Shown one piece after another: positions 35,343-47,159 of a DNA stretch of 64,000 bases. The stretch comes from a virus. Every line of letters begins with the position of its first letter. Within the stretch, counting starts at the first letter, position 1. The position numbers were made by a program, and so were the translations under genes. The stretch covers positions 1 to 64,000 of the IMG/VR virus record IMGVR_UViG_2757320370_000007. The stretch is one strand, 5' to 3'. The notes beneath the pieces were generated by a model. That model was given only the letters and a program-made list of their open reading frames with translations. It searched no databases and had not been told where the DNA came from.

Positions 35343-36765
35343 AATATTGTCCTCCTCAAGTAGTTAGTTATGGATCGAATTGCTATTTAATCTGCAAACT
35401 TAAAACAGGAATGGTTCCCCTAACAGACAGCTCAATTTCTCCCGTTTCAAATGCCTGGAGATACTTATCAATCTGCTCTTGATCATCAAATTTGTAGTCA
35501 AACCCAATCCATCCAAAAATCATGTTGTCTACACCGCAATGAAACTTTCCTCCAACCATTTGATTGTACCGTATGCCACCCCAAGGCTTCTTTTCACACA
35601 CTGAGTACCGCAGTTTACCAAAATTGTTGCGGATCATCACGAAGTAGTTATCCGATACACCCATTACTCGCATCGGCTTCTTCCAATCGTTAACCCTAAT
35701 GAGATTACCGATACTTACAGTATCCAGAATTTCTTTTGTTATGTTCTCATGTATCAAGCTCATCAACTCCTTTCACGTTATTTAGAATCTCTACATTACG
35801 CATTTTTTTATTTTTCTAACTTTTTTACAAGCCTTTTTAGTTGAAACTCTTTGACAAACGTTTTGATTTTTTCATATAGAAGTCTGATTTTCAAGCATTG
35901 TGTTTTTAGTTTTTCGTAGTAAAGTCTCAACATAATAGCAACCCTCACTCCTATGTGCAGTACACGTCTACTTGTAACCCCATAAAACTTTTATTTCACT
36001 TTGAACTGACTTTAATTCTAATTGTTCCTTTTTCGTAATCTGAGTCAGTATGAACCTTATACTTTTCATTCGTTTGTGTGTGTTTTATAATCTCTTTCCA
36101 AATCGCTTCATCAAGCTCTTCAATGAATTTTTCTTTACTCACAATAATCCCCCCCTTCCTTATGAAATTCTAATTTGACTAAGTCTTATAGATTTAAACT
36201 GACCTTCCATTGTCTACTCGTGTTAAAGTTTCAATCAAAAGCAAACGCTCGTCTTCATCAATTTCTCTTGATACAAAAGTAATCCCATTATCGTCTACCA
36301 GTTCAACGTAAACACCATCTTTTGCATTTCCATAAAAATCAACTCTGCGATTGTCTCCCATTGGTATTTGCATATTCAGCCACCTCTTCCATTCTCCCTT
36401 AATGTGTATTTCGGAGCCAACTCTCACTGACTCCGCGTTATCAGTCCTTATTATAATTTTGTTTATGTATTTATATGTTTACTTGTAAAAGGCTGTGTCG
36501 ATAACTCCCCATCCACTAAACTCAATACCGTCTTCATCCATAATGTATATGTCACCGTTCGAAAAAATATCGTTTCCATACCTTCGACCAATCTCATATA
36601 GTTCACCTTCGTTGAAATTACATCCTCTTAGCTTCTTATATTGATTAGACACTATCAATATGTGAGTGGCACCATCCATATCCTCCGTTTCAGAAAGTTT
36701 CTTTCCTTCTTTCGATATTGCACATGCTTTAGACAATACGATCATTCCCTTCTCATGTCCTGTTC

Positions 36766-36796
36766 TTATTATATTCTCTTAGTTATTAATTTGCAA
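36766..36796 (-). promoter_or_regulatory. SigA-type promoter TTGCAA-N17-TATAAT with upstream AAAGTAAACA box
   Basis: Direct motif match. Confidence 0.65.
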
Positions 36797-36872
36797 CTAA
36801 TATTTATATGTTTACTTTATAAATTTAGTTTGTGAGATATTTATTAATGATAATATCTTGGTCAAAAAACCC

Positions 36873-37199
36873 TTATTTATTCAAGGTTTTTTCTTTCTCT
36901 AAAATATCAATTGCGGCCATAATTATAGCAAATGGCATTGTCTCTTGTACTTCAACTTTTGATTCCTTATTGTTTTTACAATTCCAGAAGTTTGCCAAAT
37001 ACCAGACTCTACCCGACATCTCAATTCGAGGCCACCAATCACGACTAATCATCTCATCCACAACAAGTCTCATTCCTTCCCAAGTTGATGAATATTGTGG
37101 AATGTGACCAAATGAACCATCTATATTAAGACAAGTTGTGAGCGATATGTAGTTAATTAAATTGGCAAATTTTCCGTCTAACTCTTTTCCTGGTTCCAT
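36873..37199 (-). CDS. BC1872-like / phage ABA-sandwich family protein
   Basis: PGKELD, PQYSSTWEGMRLVV, PFAIIMAA. Confidence 0.6.
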   Translation of the reverse strand: MEPGKELDGKFANLINYISLTTCLNIDGSFGHIPQYSSTWEGMRLVVDEMISRDWWPRIEMSGRVWYLANFWNCKNNKESKVEVQETMPFAIIMAAIDILEKEKTLNK

Positions 37200-37890
37200 A
37201 ATCTATGCCTCCTTTTTTCTTGAGAACAACGTCTTAAAAGAAAACTCTTCATCATAATTTAGACATCTGTCATCGCTTCCTGGATCATATCTACAACGCA
37301 ATGTAGCAGTCAATGTTCCATTGTTGTTTCTGCAACCCTTACAGGCGAAAGATTCCAGTATTTTTATTTCAGCCAGATTCAATAAATCTAGTCCGACTTC
37401 TTTTATCTTCATATATTCACTTAAGTTGACAAGGCGCTTCTGTAAACTTTCCCCTTCGATAATATTGAATCTGTGGTATCTTGTTGGTTCATGACAGACA
37501 ATAATTTCTTTATTATCAATGTGTTTTTGTAATTCTTCAATGCTGTCAACTTGATAAATGACATATGTATCTTGTGTCCTGCCACCAAATGCATGTTCTC
37601 CATAAGCATTAATGATTATCATTATTTCACTCCCTTTTAATGTTTTGATAAAACCTATATTTTACAATGTTTTTAGTTCTAAAAAACCCTTATAAATCAA
37701 CGTTTTCTCGATCTCGTTTTGATAATTCATCCATCATTTCGTCCAAGATCTCATCTGTGAGTCCATTCCTGGATTTCCAGTCGTCAAAAAATAACTTAAG
37801 AGTGGGATGTGATAAGTCCCACCATGAAAGATTGTTAAATGCATCAAGTTGCTCCTCGGTATATCTCTTATTTTCCATTACATACCCTCA

Positions 37891-38967
37891 CTAATTATGT
37901 ATTTTGAATTTGTACTCGCTATATAGCCTCTTAAACACCACTTCCCCTAAATCAGTAGGACTATCTTTATTGCTAAACATTCCATCCCTATCCCAAAGAG
38001 CATATACATTTCTGGTCTTACCAAACTTAGCCCCCTGCTTTTTTACAGCTTCAATTGATTTATCTTTATCTAAAGCTATAATTATATCGATCTCAATTCC
38101 AAGACCTTTAATCATACTAACTTGCCAGTCACTTAAATCATCCCCACTTATAGCTACACAATTCCGAAAACCATATTGACTACTCAGCCATGTACTCTTT
38201 TCACCTTCGTATATCAGCACCTCCTTATTCTCAATAATATAAAATAAAGCACGATGCCAATTATACAATTCAACCATCTTGTTAAAGTTAATAAGATAGA
38301 GGAACTTATAAATATCTCGTTCCTCGTAATCATCAAAAATTGTTCTACCTTTGATAGACACAATATCCCCGTAACTATTGTGAATAGGATAAATGATTCT
38401 TTGACTTTTAATATCGTATCCAACTTGGAATTCTATTTGTGTCAAATAATTAATACCTTCGTTAATGTATAGTAAATGTGGAACCATGATGAATTGACTC
38501 AAAATATCATCGCCATATATTTGATTCTCTATGTGGTCAAGATTCCGTTTCTTTTTTCTCTGTTTTTTGACCTCTCTAAGCCATTTAAGATGATCTGATG
38601 TGGGCAATGGGGTATACGATTCATTTAAGAACTCTGTATACCCCAGTTTTTCACATATCCACCGCTTAGACTTAGGTAAATTGCTTCGTCTTTCTTCTTC
38701 AAGAAATTTATCAAATACTATGTATGAGACCAATCCATATATATCAATATCTGATTCTCCAAGCGTTCTGATTCTGCTAGACATGCTCTCATTTAGGTAG
38801 ACCTGAACAGACCTTTTATTTGGAGACTCAAACTTATTGGGAAGTTGTGCCTCGTAGCGATTATTTTTCTTCTCTACATGTTCACAATCCATCAGTTCAA
38901 GTAATTCTCCAACTTTTTCATCTGTTAATATTTTCTCTTTGATCAACTTTAAATCATTATTGCTCAT
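37891..38967 (-). CDS. DNA primase (TOPRIM, YorJ-like)
   Basis: RIIYPIH, SIKGR, LYNW, YEGEKS, ALDKD, KDSPTD; next to the helicase. Confidence 0.88.
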   Translation of the reverse strand: MSNNDLKLIKEKILTDEKVGELLELMDCEHVEKKNNRYEAQLPNKFESPNKRSVQVYLNESMSSRIRTLGESDIDIYGLVSYIVFDKFLEEERRSNLPKSKRWICEKLGYTEFLNESYTPLPTSDHLKWLREVKKQRKKKRNLDHIENQIYGDDILSQFIMVPHLLYINEGINYLTQIEFQVGYDIKSQRIIYPIHNSYGDIVSIKGRTIFDDYEERDIYKFLYLINFNKMVELYNWHRALFYIIENKEVLIYEGEKSTWLSSQYGFRNCVAISGDDLSDWQVSMIKGLGIEIDIIIALDKDKSIEAVKKQGAKFGKTRNVYALWDRDGMFSNKDSPTDLGEVVFKRLYSEYKFKIHN

Positions 38968-39002
38968 TTAAGCTCCCCCATAGGAGTATTTACTGCTATG
39001 TA

Positions 39003-40508
39003 TTAAAACATCGAATTAGATTTCTTGCCCATTTGTGCGTATGCGACTTCTTTGAAACTGTTGATACTGTAGTCCACTTCATAAATAATTTGCTCTGATA
39101 GATCTCCAGAACGATTCTTAGAGATGAAGATTATCATATAAGTTTTTTCTGGATCTAATTCGTATTTTTCTTTCTCCCACACCCCATTGAGAGCATTCTT
39201 GACCCAGTTATATGCAGCGAGAGCTTCTTTTTTCCCTGGCATCTCATCTGCAAAAAGTAATCTTCCCATAAGTATCACGGATGCAACCTCAGCAATCTCT
39301 AGGGACTTCCCTATGGCACTCAGATCAAGATAGCGATACTCTTTACCAATCTTCAACTGAACCGTTGCAAGCAGTCCCACGTTGTTTGCTTCGGGTTTAA
39401 TGCAGTCAAAAATATTTTGAGCCGCATTGCTAAATGATTCCCACCTAGCGGATTCTTGAGCAGAGGCGCTAGGTTTAAAAGTATCAAGCAAGGCATAATT
39501 GTAATTTAATGGTTTCATCATTGTAATGCGGCTAATAACATCCTCGACTCTATACTTCTTTAAATCATAAAACTTGATATGATTTTTCGGAAATTTTTGA
39601 ATCCATTTTTTCGCTGCATCTAATTTATCAAGTGTTTTTTGTTCAAAACTTCCCTCAATCAACTTCTCACGATTAATCGGCTTATGTAAAATTTTAGATG
39701 AAACTGTTGCCAAAACAAGGTTTCTTGTTTTCCAGATATTCTCTTCATTTACGAACATCATTCCTTTTTGTTCGTTTTCGTAGAGCGATAGCACGAATTT
39801 TTCCATACTTATAGATGACTTTCCAACTCCAGAACTCAAAATAAGATACATAAGTTCGCCTTTGCGCCATCCCTTAATCTTCTTACTCAGTCTTGGCGAA
39901 TCGTGCAATGGAATCCCCATTGCTTCACCTTGATTCATTTTGTCTATTGCAATATCAAGGTCATCTCCAAGGTCATATTCAACAACTTCTCCGCAGTTAA
40001 TGTGAGAAAATATTGAACTAGTCTTAAACTGAAAAAATGATTGCATTTGTTTCAGAGTCATTCTTGTTAATTTTCCAATTAAGTCTTTGTTTGTTGTATC
40101 AATTAAGCTTTCGCTTTGAAATTTTCTCAAACTTTCATACTTTTGTATTTCTGAAAAATGGTAATCATCATTACCTTTGTCTTTCTCGCACTCTTCTAAT
40201 AACTCATCTATCAAATTATAACCACCATATTCATTGTAACAATCGAAATATGACTTTCGATTTACTTCTTTGGGTCGTGAAGTTAAAAACGAATATACTG
40301 TCTTATCATCAAACTTTCTAATACTATTCGCATACATCTCATTCCCTATGAAGTAGAAATACCACCAAATAGGTTCAGTGAATGTATCCTCTGATATCTC
40401 ATGATTCCTATATTTTTCATATAGTGACGGCGTACTCCAGAGATAGCCAATAAATAGAGACTCGTGTATTTTTGATGGTGCTACAAATTCATCTATGTAA
40501 TTAATAAT
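39003..40508 (-). CDS. dnaB: DnaB-like replicative helicase (YorI-like), likely ATT start at 40508
   Basis: Walker A SSGVGKS, LLDTFK, TVQL, KNRSG; frame open 57 codons upstream of the ATG to ATT ATT behind AGGGGG. Confidence 0.88.
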   Translation of the reverse strand: MINYIDEFVAPSKIHESLFIGYLWSTPSLYEKYRNHEISEDTFTEPIWWYFYFIGNEMYANSIRKFDDKTVYSFLTSRPKEVNRKSYFDCYNEYGGYNLIDELLEECEKDKGNDDYHFSEIQKYESLRKFQSESLIDTTNKDLIGKLTRMTLKQMQSFFQFKTSSIFSHINCGEVVEYDLGDDLDIAIDKMNQGEAMGIPLHDSPRLSKKIKGWRKGELMYLILSSGVGKSSISMEKFVLSLYENEQKGMMFVNEENIWKTRNLVLATVSSKILHKPINREKLIEGSFEQKTLDKLDAAKKWIQKFPKNHIKFYDLKKYRVEDVISRITMMKPLNYNYALLDTFKPSASAQESARWESFSNAAQNIFDCIKPEANNVGLLATVQLKIGKEYRYLDLSAIGKSLEIAEVASVILMGRLLFADEMPGKKEALAAYNWVKNALNGVWEKEKYELDPEKTYMIIFISKNRSGDLSEQIIYEVDYSINSFKEVAYAQMGKKSNSMF

Positions 40509-40518
40509 TTAATGCCCC

Positions 40519-41088
40519 CTATAGAAAACTTGATATATCCATCTCATCTATCTTATTATGTTTATTCTTTAAAATTTCATTGGATATATTCTTATCTTCA
40601 CTACTAATTTTAGTTCTCTCAAACTGTTCAGTATGCTGCTCACGTCTCTTCTTTCTCGCAAAAGCCTCATTCAACTTATCGATCATGATAGAAACTCCAT
40701 AATTGATTGCTCTCGTATCTCTAGAACCATCCAGTTTGTTGGCAATGCACCATCGAATACTATCTTCTGCCAGCAAATAAGCCTCCAACATCAGTTCAAA
40801 CGTTGGCCCCGTATTCCACTTTCTAACTCTCTGCCCATCCTTAAATTCGAACCCAGCTCTTAAATCCTTCAACCGTGTAATATTTCCCGTTGGTAAAACT
40901 ATGATATCGTGTAGTTTGATTATGTATTGGTATAGATCATCCCATTGTTGATTCTCGATTCGAGTCGCTTCCTTGTCACGTTTCCATCGTTCGTGACAAT
41001 ATTCAACATGGTAATATCGTTTGTCTTCTTGGATCATATTTTCTTTGTGTTCACGCTGACTACAAATAGGACATTTTACTAGTGCCAA
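40519..41088 (-). CDS. YorH-like Zn-binding replication protein (possible helicase loader/initiator)
   Basis: CPIC...H..C; position directly upstream of the helicase. Confidence 0.65.
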   Translation of the reverse strand: MALVKCPICSQREHKENMIQEDKRYYHVEYCHERWKRDKEATRIENQQWDDLYQYIIKLHDIIVLPTGNITRLKDLRAGFEFKDGQRVRKWNTGPTFELMLEAYLLAEDSIRWCIANKLDGSRDTRAINYGVSIMIDKLNEAFARKKRREQHTEQFERTKISSEDKNISNEILKNKHNKIDEMDISSFL

Positions 41089-41888
41089 ATTCTCACCTCC
41101 TTAAGATTTGATATTATGTATCACACTTCAAAGCACTCATAACCCAAGCCGTTTAAATATTGAAATTGTTCGGCAACAACTTTTCCATCCTCGTCTCTGA
41201 GACCAACAACGCTGTCATAATTAAGATCAATATAGATACCGTGTTCGTCTGACAGTTTGTCTAATTCTTTTATAAATTTTGAAATCCTATTTAAATCCAT
41301 TAAAATTCCTCCAATTTTATATTTATACTTCAATTTTGACGACACGATGAAATACCTCTTTCGTGAGGAAATATGGTCTAAAAAAGCCTTATTCTATAAG
41401 GGTTTTTAACTATGTATTTTTAAAATCCTCAATAATACTCTTCTTTGTTCTTTTTGAACTCAACTCCTAGAAATTCGCATACTTCCTTCTTAAAATTATT
41501 ATCAGAATAATCATCTTCGCCAAATTCACCATTTACGAGTCGATGTTCCAGTTCTTCCAACATGACCTCTTCTGGACTCCATTGGTCTTCTAATCCGTAG
41601 CAAGAGCAATGTGACCCATTTACTTCATATAGTTTCCCATCTTTTAAGAATAGAACCCAAGCAGCACCAGAATAATTGTCGTTTCCATACGAGGCAAATA
41701 GTACGGCTTCCTCTTTGTGATTGCTTAGTGCATGATCTTGTGTTTCCCATGACTCAAAACTACCAAACACTTCTTCCATATTGCTCCAATCATGTAGGAA
41801 TATTGGTTGTTGATTGATAATTTCTTCGAATGTTTTCATTTGATTTCTCCTCTTATTATGTATTTTTACTTTTACATTGAACCTATTG

Positions 41889-42249
41889 TTAAAACTCAAA
41901 ATAACTACTAGAATTGCTTCCGTATTTCCAAGATTCAAACATCTCGTCTTCATCATTTAAATATGTAATTTCCATCGATGGTGTTGCCCAACTGCTGCTA
42001 GAACAAACGTCTACATTATCCTGTTTAATGTATCCATTCTTCATGTTCCATACTTCACCGGATGTATACGCCCAGTCTTCTGCAAAGGCCAACTACGACA
42101 GATTTAATATTTTCTTTATTTTTTTCGATATAATCTTTAACTGTTTCCCAGTCAACCTCTTTATACTTCTCGATATTTGAATGGTCTCTGCCCATACCTT
42201 GAAACATACCTTCTGAAAACCCGAGATATCCCTTTTCGATCTTTTCCAT
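41889..42249 (-). pseudogene. Frameshifted hypothetical gene (extra T at about 42085)
   Basis: GGC CTT T GCA GAA GAC TGG joins VVVGL to AEDWAYTSG; the second ORF lacks an RBS. Confidence 0.65.
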
Positions 42250-44136
42250 TTTCGCCCATCTCCTTTAGTATCGTTTTATATTCCTATGTATTAATAAAAA
42301 TCAACAACATGCAATTCATAATCTCCGAATATGTTAGCCTCGATATCTTGTAATTGGTGAGTGTATTTATTTCCCAAGACAACAATATCTTCTGTAATAA
42401 AAGGAATGTTCGCGTTGCTATCCGTTTCATATACTGTCAACCCCACAAGATGCGAAGCAATGAAGCTTTTTCCTCTGTTTGAACTACCCTTGAACACCCA
42501 AACTGGTCTCTTTTCTTTATGTCTGATTGTCTGAGTAAATAAATCCATATTAACGGTATAGTCGCCACACGGATAGTAACTATCTCCACCATCATACGAA
42601 ACCTCGAAAACTTTATTATTGATATATTCACTGTTGTAAGACTCTGGTAAAATGTCATCGATGTATATTTGCTCTTTAGTTGTGTATGTATAGCCTTCAA
42701 ATTTTTCAATTTCTTCTACTTCAACCTTTCCCCACGAAGCGGAGCACCATCCAGAACCACATTCCCCTTGCTCTTCCCATAAAGTGATTTTAACTTTTCT
42801 TTTATCTTCTAGGATTCCAAATAATACATGTCTTTCAAATTCTGTATCAACATATTCAAAATCACAATTATGTCCCGATACGGACTCTCCAATATACTTT
42901 TCAATTCTCAATCCAACAATCTTCATATAAATCCCCTTCAATAATATGTATTTTTATTTTATATTTCTAAATAAAATGAGGGTTTTAAACGGTTTCATTC
43001 TTCACACAATCTTACCTTATGTTTCTGAATCGTCTCTTCGTCCAAATACCATAGAACTGAACCGTGTTCACTTCCAAAATACAGTCCAAATTTATCTTGC
43101 ATACTTTTGCCAACAAAAGCGTATTTAGATCCACAACCGTTCAATCTCACCTTATTAGATGTCTCCAGGTGATTCCCTTCAACATCATAAATACCTGTTG
43201 GTAATCCTATTGGTATCCACTTATCAGATATGTAACATCCATGACCTACGTCCATTAAATCCCTCCTTTACGTAACTTCATAACCAACAATCAGACATCT
43301 AGCAAAGTCCAATGGCTGCAATTCATTAAGGATCTTAAATTCGTCTTTGTAATTTGTACTCATGCAAATACCATTACCAGAAAATCCTTTGCAATGAGAT
43401 ATTAAGTTGAATTGCTTATTCCAATTGTCTATTGGCATTTTATCTAGTGCATCTGCAATTTCCTTAGACACTTTTACTTTGTACAACGATACTCTCCTCC
43501 TTATTCAATTTCTGCCCCATGCTCAACAGCAAGTCTCTAAAATGATTAAAATCTCCATAGTTTGAATATCCACTTGAATATGTATAAGTTCTTGGCTTAG
43601 TTAGATTATGTCTTTGATATTCTATGTATCTCTTAGCTTCATCTAGAATAAAGAAGAATGCAACTGGTTCATAATCATCCTTAATCCATGTAGCAGCATA
43701 CCACTCAATACCATACACTTTAAAATAATCATCATAGTTCATAACAAATATTTCATCATCATTTGCTTCAAATGTCTCATACTCCATCTCTCTATAGGGC
43801 TTGATTTCAAATGGTGGATTCTCTTCTCTTCGTTCAAACCATTCTTGAACCAATTCTTCTTCAGAATCATACCAATGCTCATAGTCATAATCCGTTGTAA
43901 ATTTCAGAGGTAACCCATCATAATATTCAACTTGATCTTGATGATATGGAATATATTCTGGTCGATATGTTTGTACTGCGTGAATAGCATTACTGGTGCA
44001 TACATTATCCTTTGCCCCTGGATATTGCTTTTCAGCAAACAGTTTTAAAAACTGTTCTTGGGGATCTGTTAGCTCAATTTCAATATTTTTCATATTTTCT
44101 CCTTTCTTGATAAAACAGAACTTTTACAAACTCACT

Positions 44137-44988
44137 TCATTCTTCTTCTTCGCTATGTATATATTCACTCATATCTTCTTCATCAAAAACTTTGTCAATA
44201 ACATCGGTAATCCAATCCATCGGAAAATCAAAGCTAGGCTCAGATTCTTTCTTCTGATTAATTGCTTCAATCACCATTCTGAATAGAGTTAAGTCCACTC
44301 CGGTTAACTGATCTTCTAATACTGAAGCATCACTCAGGTCGAGTTTTCCACACTGTAGAATCATTTTGAGATACTGTCCAGCGTTAATCTTCCATCCACG
44401 TTCGATAAACTTTCTCGCACGAATAATAGAAGCTAGAGGATATTTAGAACCAACATATTTCAATTCCTTTGTGATTAGCGACTCTAACGCTTTCTGTGGC
44501 AAAACAAGCTCATTTTCTTTTGGTTGGTAATAACAAGTGCAATGTACAAAATCATAGTTCTCATGAATCTTATCGGGTTCACCGTAGAATCTTGTAATTA
44601 ATTGAACATTATCTGATAATGTGATTGCATTGCTAGATAAGAACACTGGCTTAAACCCTTTTATGTATTTATTCTTAGCCATACCGCTGCTTGGGACATA
44701 GATACTAATCCTACCGTTTTCAGATTCTTTTACTTCAACTTCAAAAGCGTTTCGGTTTGCCTTGTTAAATTGCCCAACATAATATTCAGCTACCTTCAAA
44801 CACGATTCTTTATCTGTAAAATAATAATCATAATCATTAGGTTCTTCATCCTGTAGCAATGATACTATTGCTCCACCAGTAATAAATGTTTTAGTATTAA
44901 TGATTTTAGATATTTCTTCATTATCAATGGATGCAATGAAGTTTCGATGCGCTTCTTGTAATCGTCTTTTAATGCTTTTAATATTCAA
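44137..44988 (-). CDS. Nucleotidyltransferase-like phage protein
   Basis: FITGGAIVSLL...PNDYDYYF, YDFVHC, R..KF.ERGW. Confidence 0.65.
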   Translation of the reverse strand: MNIKSIKRRLQEAHRNFIASIDNEEISKIINTKTFITGGAIVSLLQDEEPNDYDYYFTDKESCLKVAEYYVGQFNKANRNAFEVEVKESENGRISIYVPSSGMAKNKYIKGFKPVFLSSNAITLSDNVQLITRFYGEPDKIHENYDFVHCTCYYQPKENELVLPQKALESLITKELKYVGSKYPLASIIRARKFIERGWKINAGQYLKMILQCGKLDLSDASVLEDQLTGVDLTLFRMVIEAINQKKESEPSFDFPMDWITDVIDKVFDEEDMSEYIHSEEEE

Positions 44989-46152
44989 TATGAACCTCCA
45001 CTAATATGTATTTGTCCTACAAATCAATCATATCACATTATTTAATTATAGTATATATGTTTACTATATAAATATTTTTAACCAGCATCCACAATCACAG
45101 TTTAGATTATGTTCAATCTTTTTCATGTTTGGTACTGGCAATCTAGCTGAAGGAAAACTATATGGCCTATTCGCATATTGTAATCTTCCTTCTTGATATT
45201 CTATTTCTTCAAGAATTTCCTTTAGTTCTTTTTCAAGTTTCCGTTTTGACTTAATTGCAATCTCATCTCGGAGTTCAAGCGCTTTTGTCTTTAGTGTTTT
45301 TGTGCTAACAAGGTATAACATTTCTCCCCAGACACCCATTATTCACCTCTTACTTTTTCATTTTACTGTTAGAACTGTACCCCAATATCTGTTCCAACAC
45401 TCCAACAATCATAGCCTTAAACTCTGGAGTCATTGTTTTCACTTTATCAATTTGACTTTCAAGCTTCTTATCAGCAATAATGTCTCTAATATCCTCTATT
45501 AATTGTGAATTTTCGTCTTTCTTATCAAACAGAGGATCTTTTTCTAATAGAGTAATTAAATATTTCAAGTTGATAAAACGTAAATGCGCGAAGTATATCT
45601 AAAAGTTCTATTGATCCGTCACTTTGTACTGGGACAAGTATGGTTCTTTTCACAGTTAATATTCTCCTCTCTTCGTGAAATCGGGCTTTCATGTGCTTTA
45701 TTTTTCATCGAATCTTGGTCTGTGCATCAATCGGTTAATTCAAATTCGCCAACAACTTTCACATCTTTCAATTCTGTGTTTGACCTAAGAGATTCGTCTT
45801 CTAACATCTCCAAGTCTTCAATATCACAAGGCAATTGCTCTCCAAAACTTTCTTCCCAAACCTCTTTGCTAATCCAAATTTCTCTTTCTAAAGTTACTTT
45901 TATAGCTACTCTTTTCATTTAACACCCTCCTCTTACTTTGTAATTTGTGTCTATTGTTCAGTATCTTCGCACTGTGCATTACTTATCGGAAACATTTCTA
46001 TCAAGAAAAAAACATTAGATGGAAAAATTGTAGACGTTAATGGAACGCCAAAAAGGAAATTCGCTTTATCTGGTCCAATTTTACATATAGTACATAAATG
46101 TGTTATATGTATTATATGTATTATTTATAAATGTGTGGAGGGCGATAATGAA

Positions 46153-46440
46153 ATGAGTAAAAAAAGAAGAGTAAATCGACCATATTCAATTTATTCTGTT
46201 ATAATTGGCGTTTCTGTAGCCTTAATTTTTCTTTTGGATTACTATGCTATAAAAGCTGATCAGTTTGGAGAAGGTATCGGCATTGTTTCTCTCTTTTATA
46301 TTAGTCCTATAGGATTTGTTTTTGGATTAATGGGTCTTATGAATAAAAAAAATAGATATGTCGCTCTTTTGGGGATAGGAATCAGTTTAGCAGACTTTTT
46401 GTTTCCTTTATTCATCATGTGGATTATTCGTGCTCCATAA
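46153..46440 (+). CDS. Small three-TM membrane protein, opposite strand (moron-like)
   Basis: GGAGG RBS, three hydrophobic segments, AT-rich upstream region. Confidence 0.75.
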   Translation: MSKKRRVNRPYSIYSVIIGVSVALIFLLDYYAIKADQFGEGIGIVSLFYISPIGFVFGLMGLMNKKNRYVALLGIGISLADFLFPLFIMWIIRAP

Positions 46441-47159
46441 AATACAATTATACTTCTCCTTTATAAGCATTATTAATTTATAAACATCAATTGAACCTGA
46501 TGCTTAAGTAGGGCTATATAGTTGTTGTACTGTTTTTTTTGTGTCAGCCATTTCCTTCTAATGCGCTATATGCGTCTACTGCTCAGTATCATTAATCGGC
46601 TCTTCCCACAACAAATTAACATTACACAAAGGGCAATTATCAGTCCCAAAAGCTACCTGATGTTTATTATTAAGCAGCTCGCATACAGGACATTCGTATT
46701 TAATGTATGGTTGCTCACCTTTGTTTTCATAATGATTTTCAACCGGTTTTACGTATGCGATTCTTTGGTAAGCATATTTTGAATCTGTTACTTTACCATT
46801 AAGCATATCCTATCCACCTTTCTTTTCTCAATTTGTGTTTACTACACTTGATCAAATCAAGCTTTCATCAGTCATTGTCCTTTCACATAAAAACTCTATG
46901 TTAATTCCTCAACTTTAAATATCTTCTTGTTGCAGTTTATGCAAAATGCCAATTTCCCTGATCTATGCTTTAAATAATCATACACCTCGGTGTTATCAGC
47001 CTCGCTTCCATCAAAATTAGTTCTGTAGTGTACTGTTCCAGACACCTGTTCTTTAATATAATATCCCTCGCTAGAATTGCAATGAGGACATTGAGTTATA
47101 GGTGCTTTAGATTTTCTCAAATTTCACACTTCCATTTCTTTGTGAAAGTAAACTTTGAT

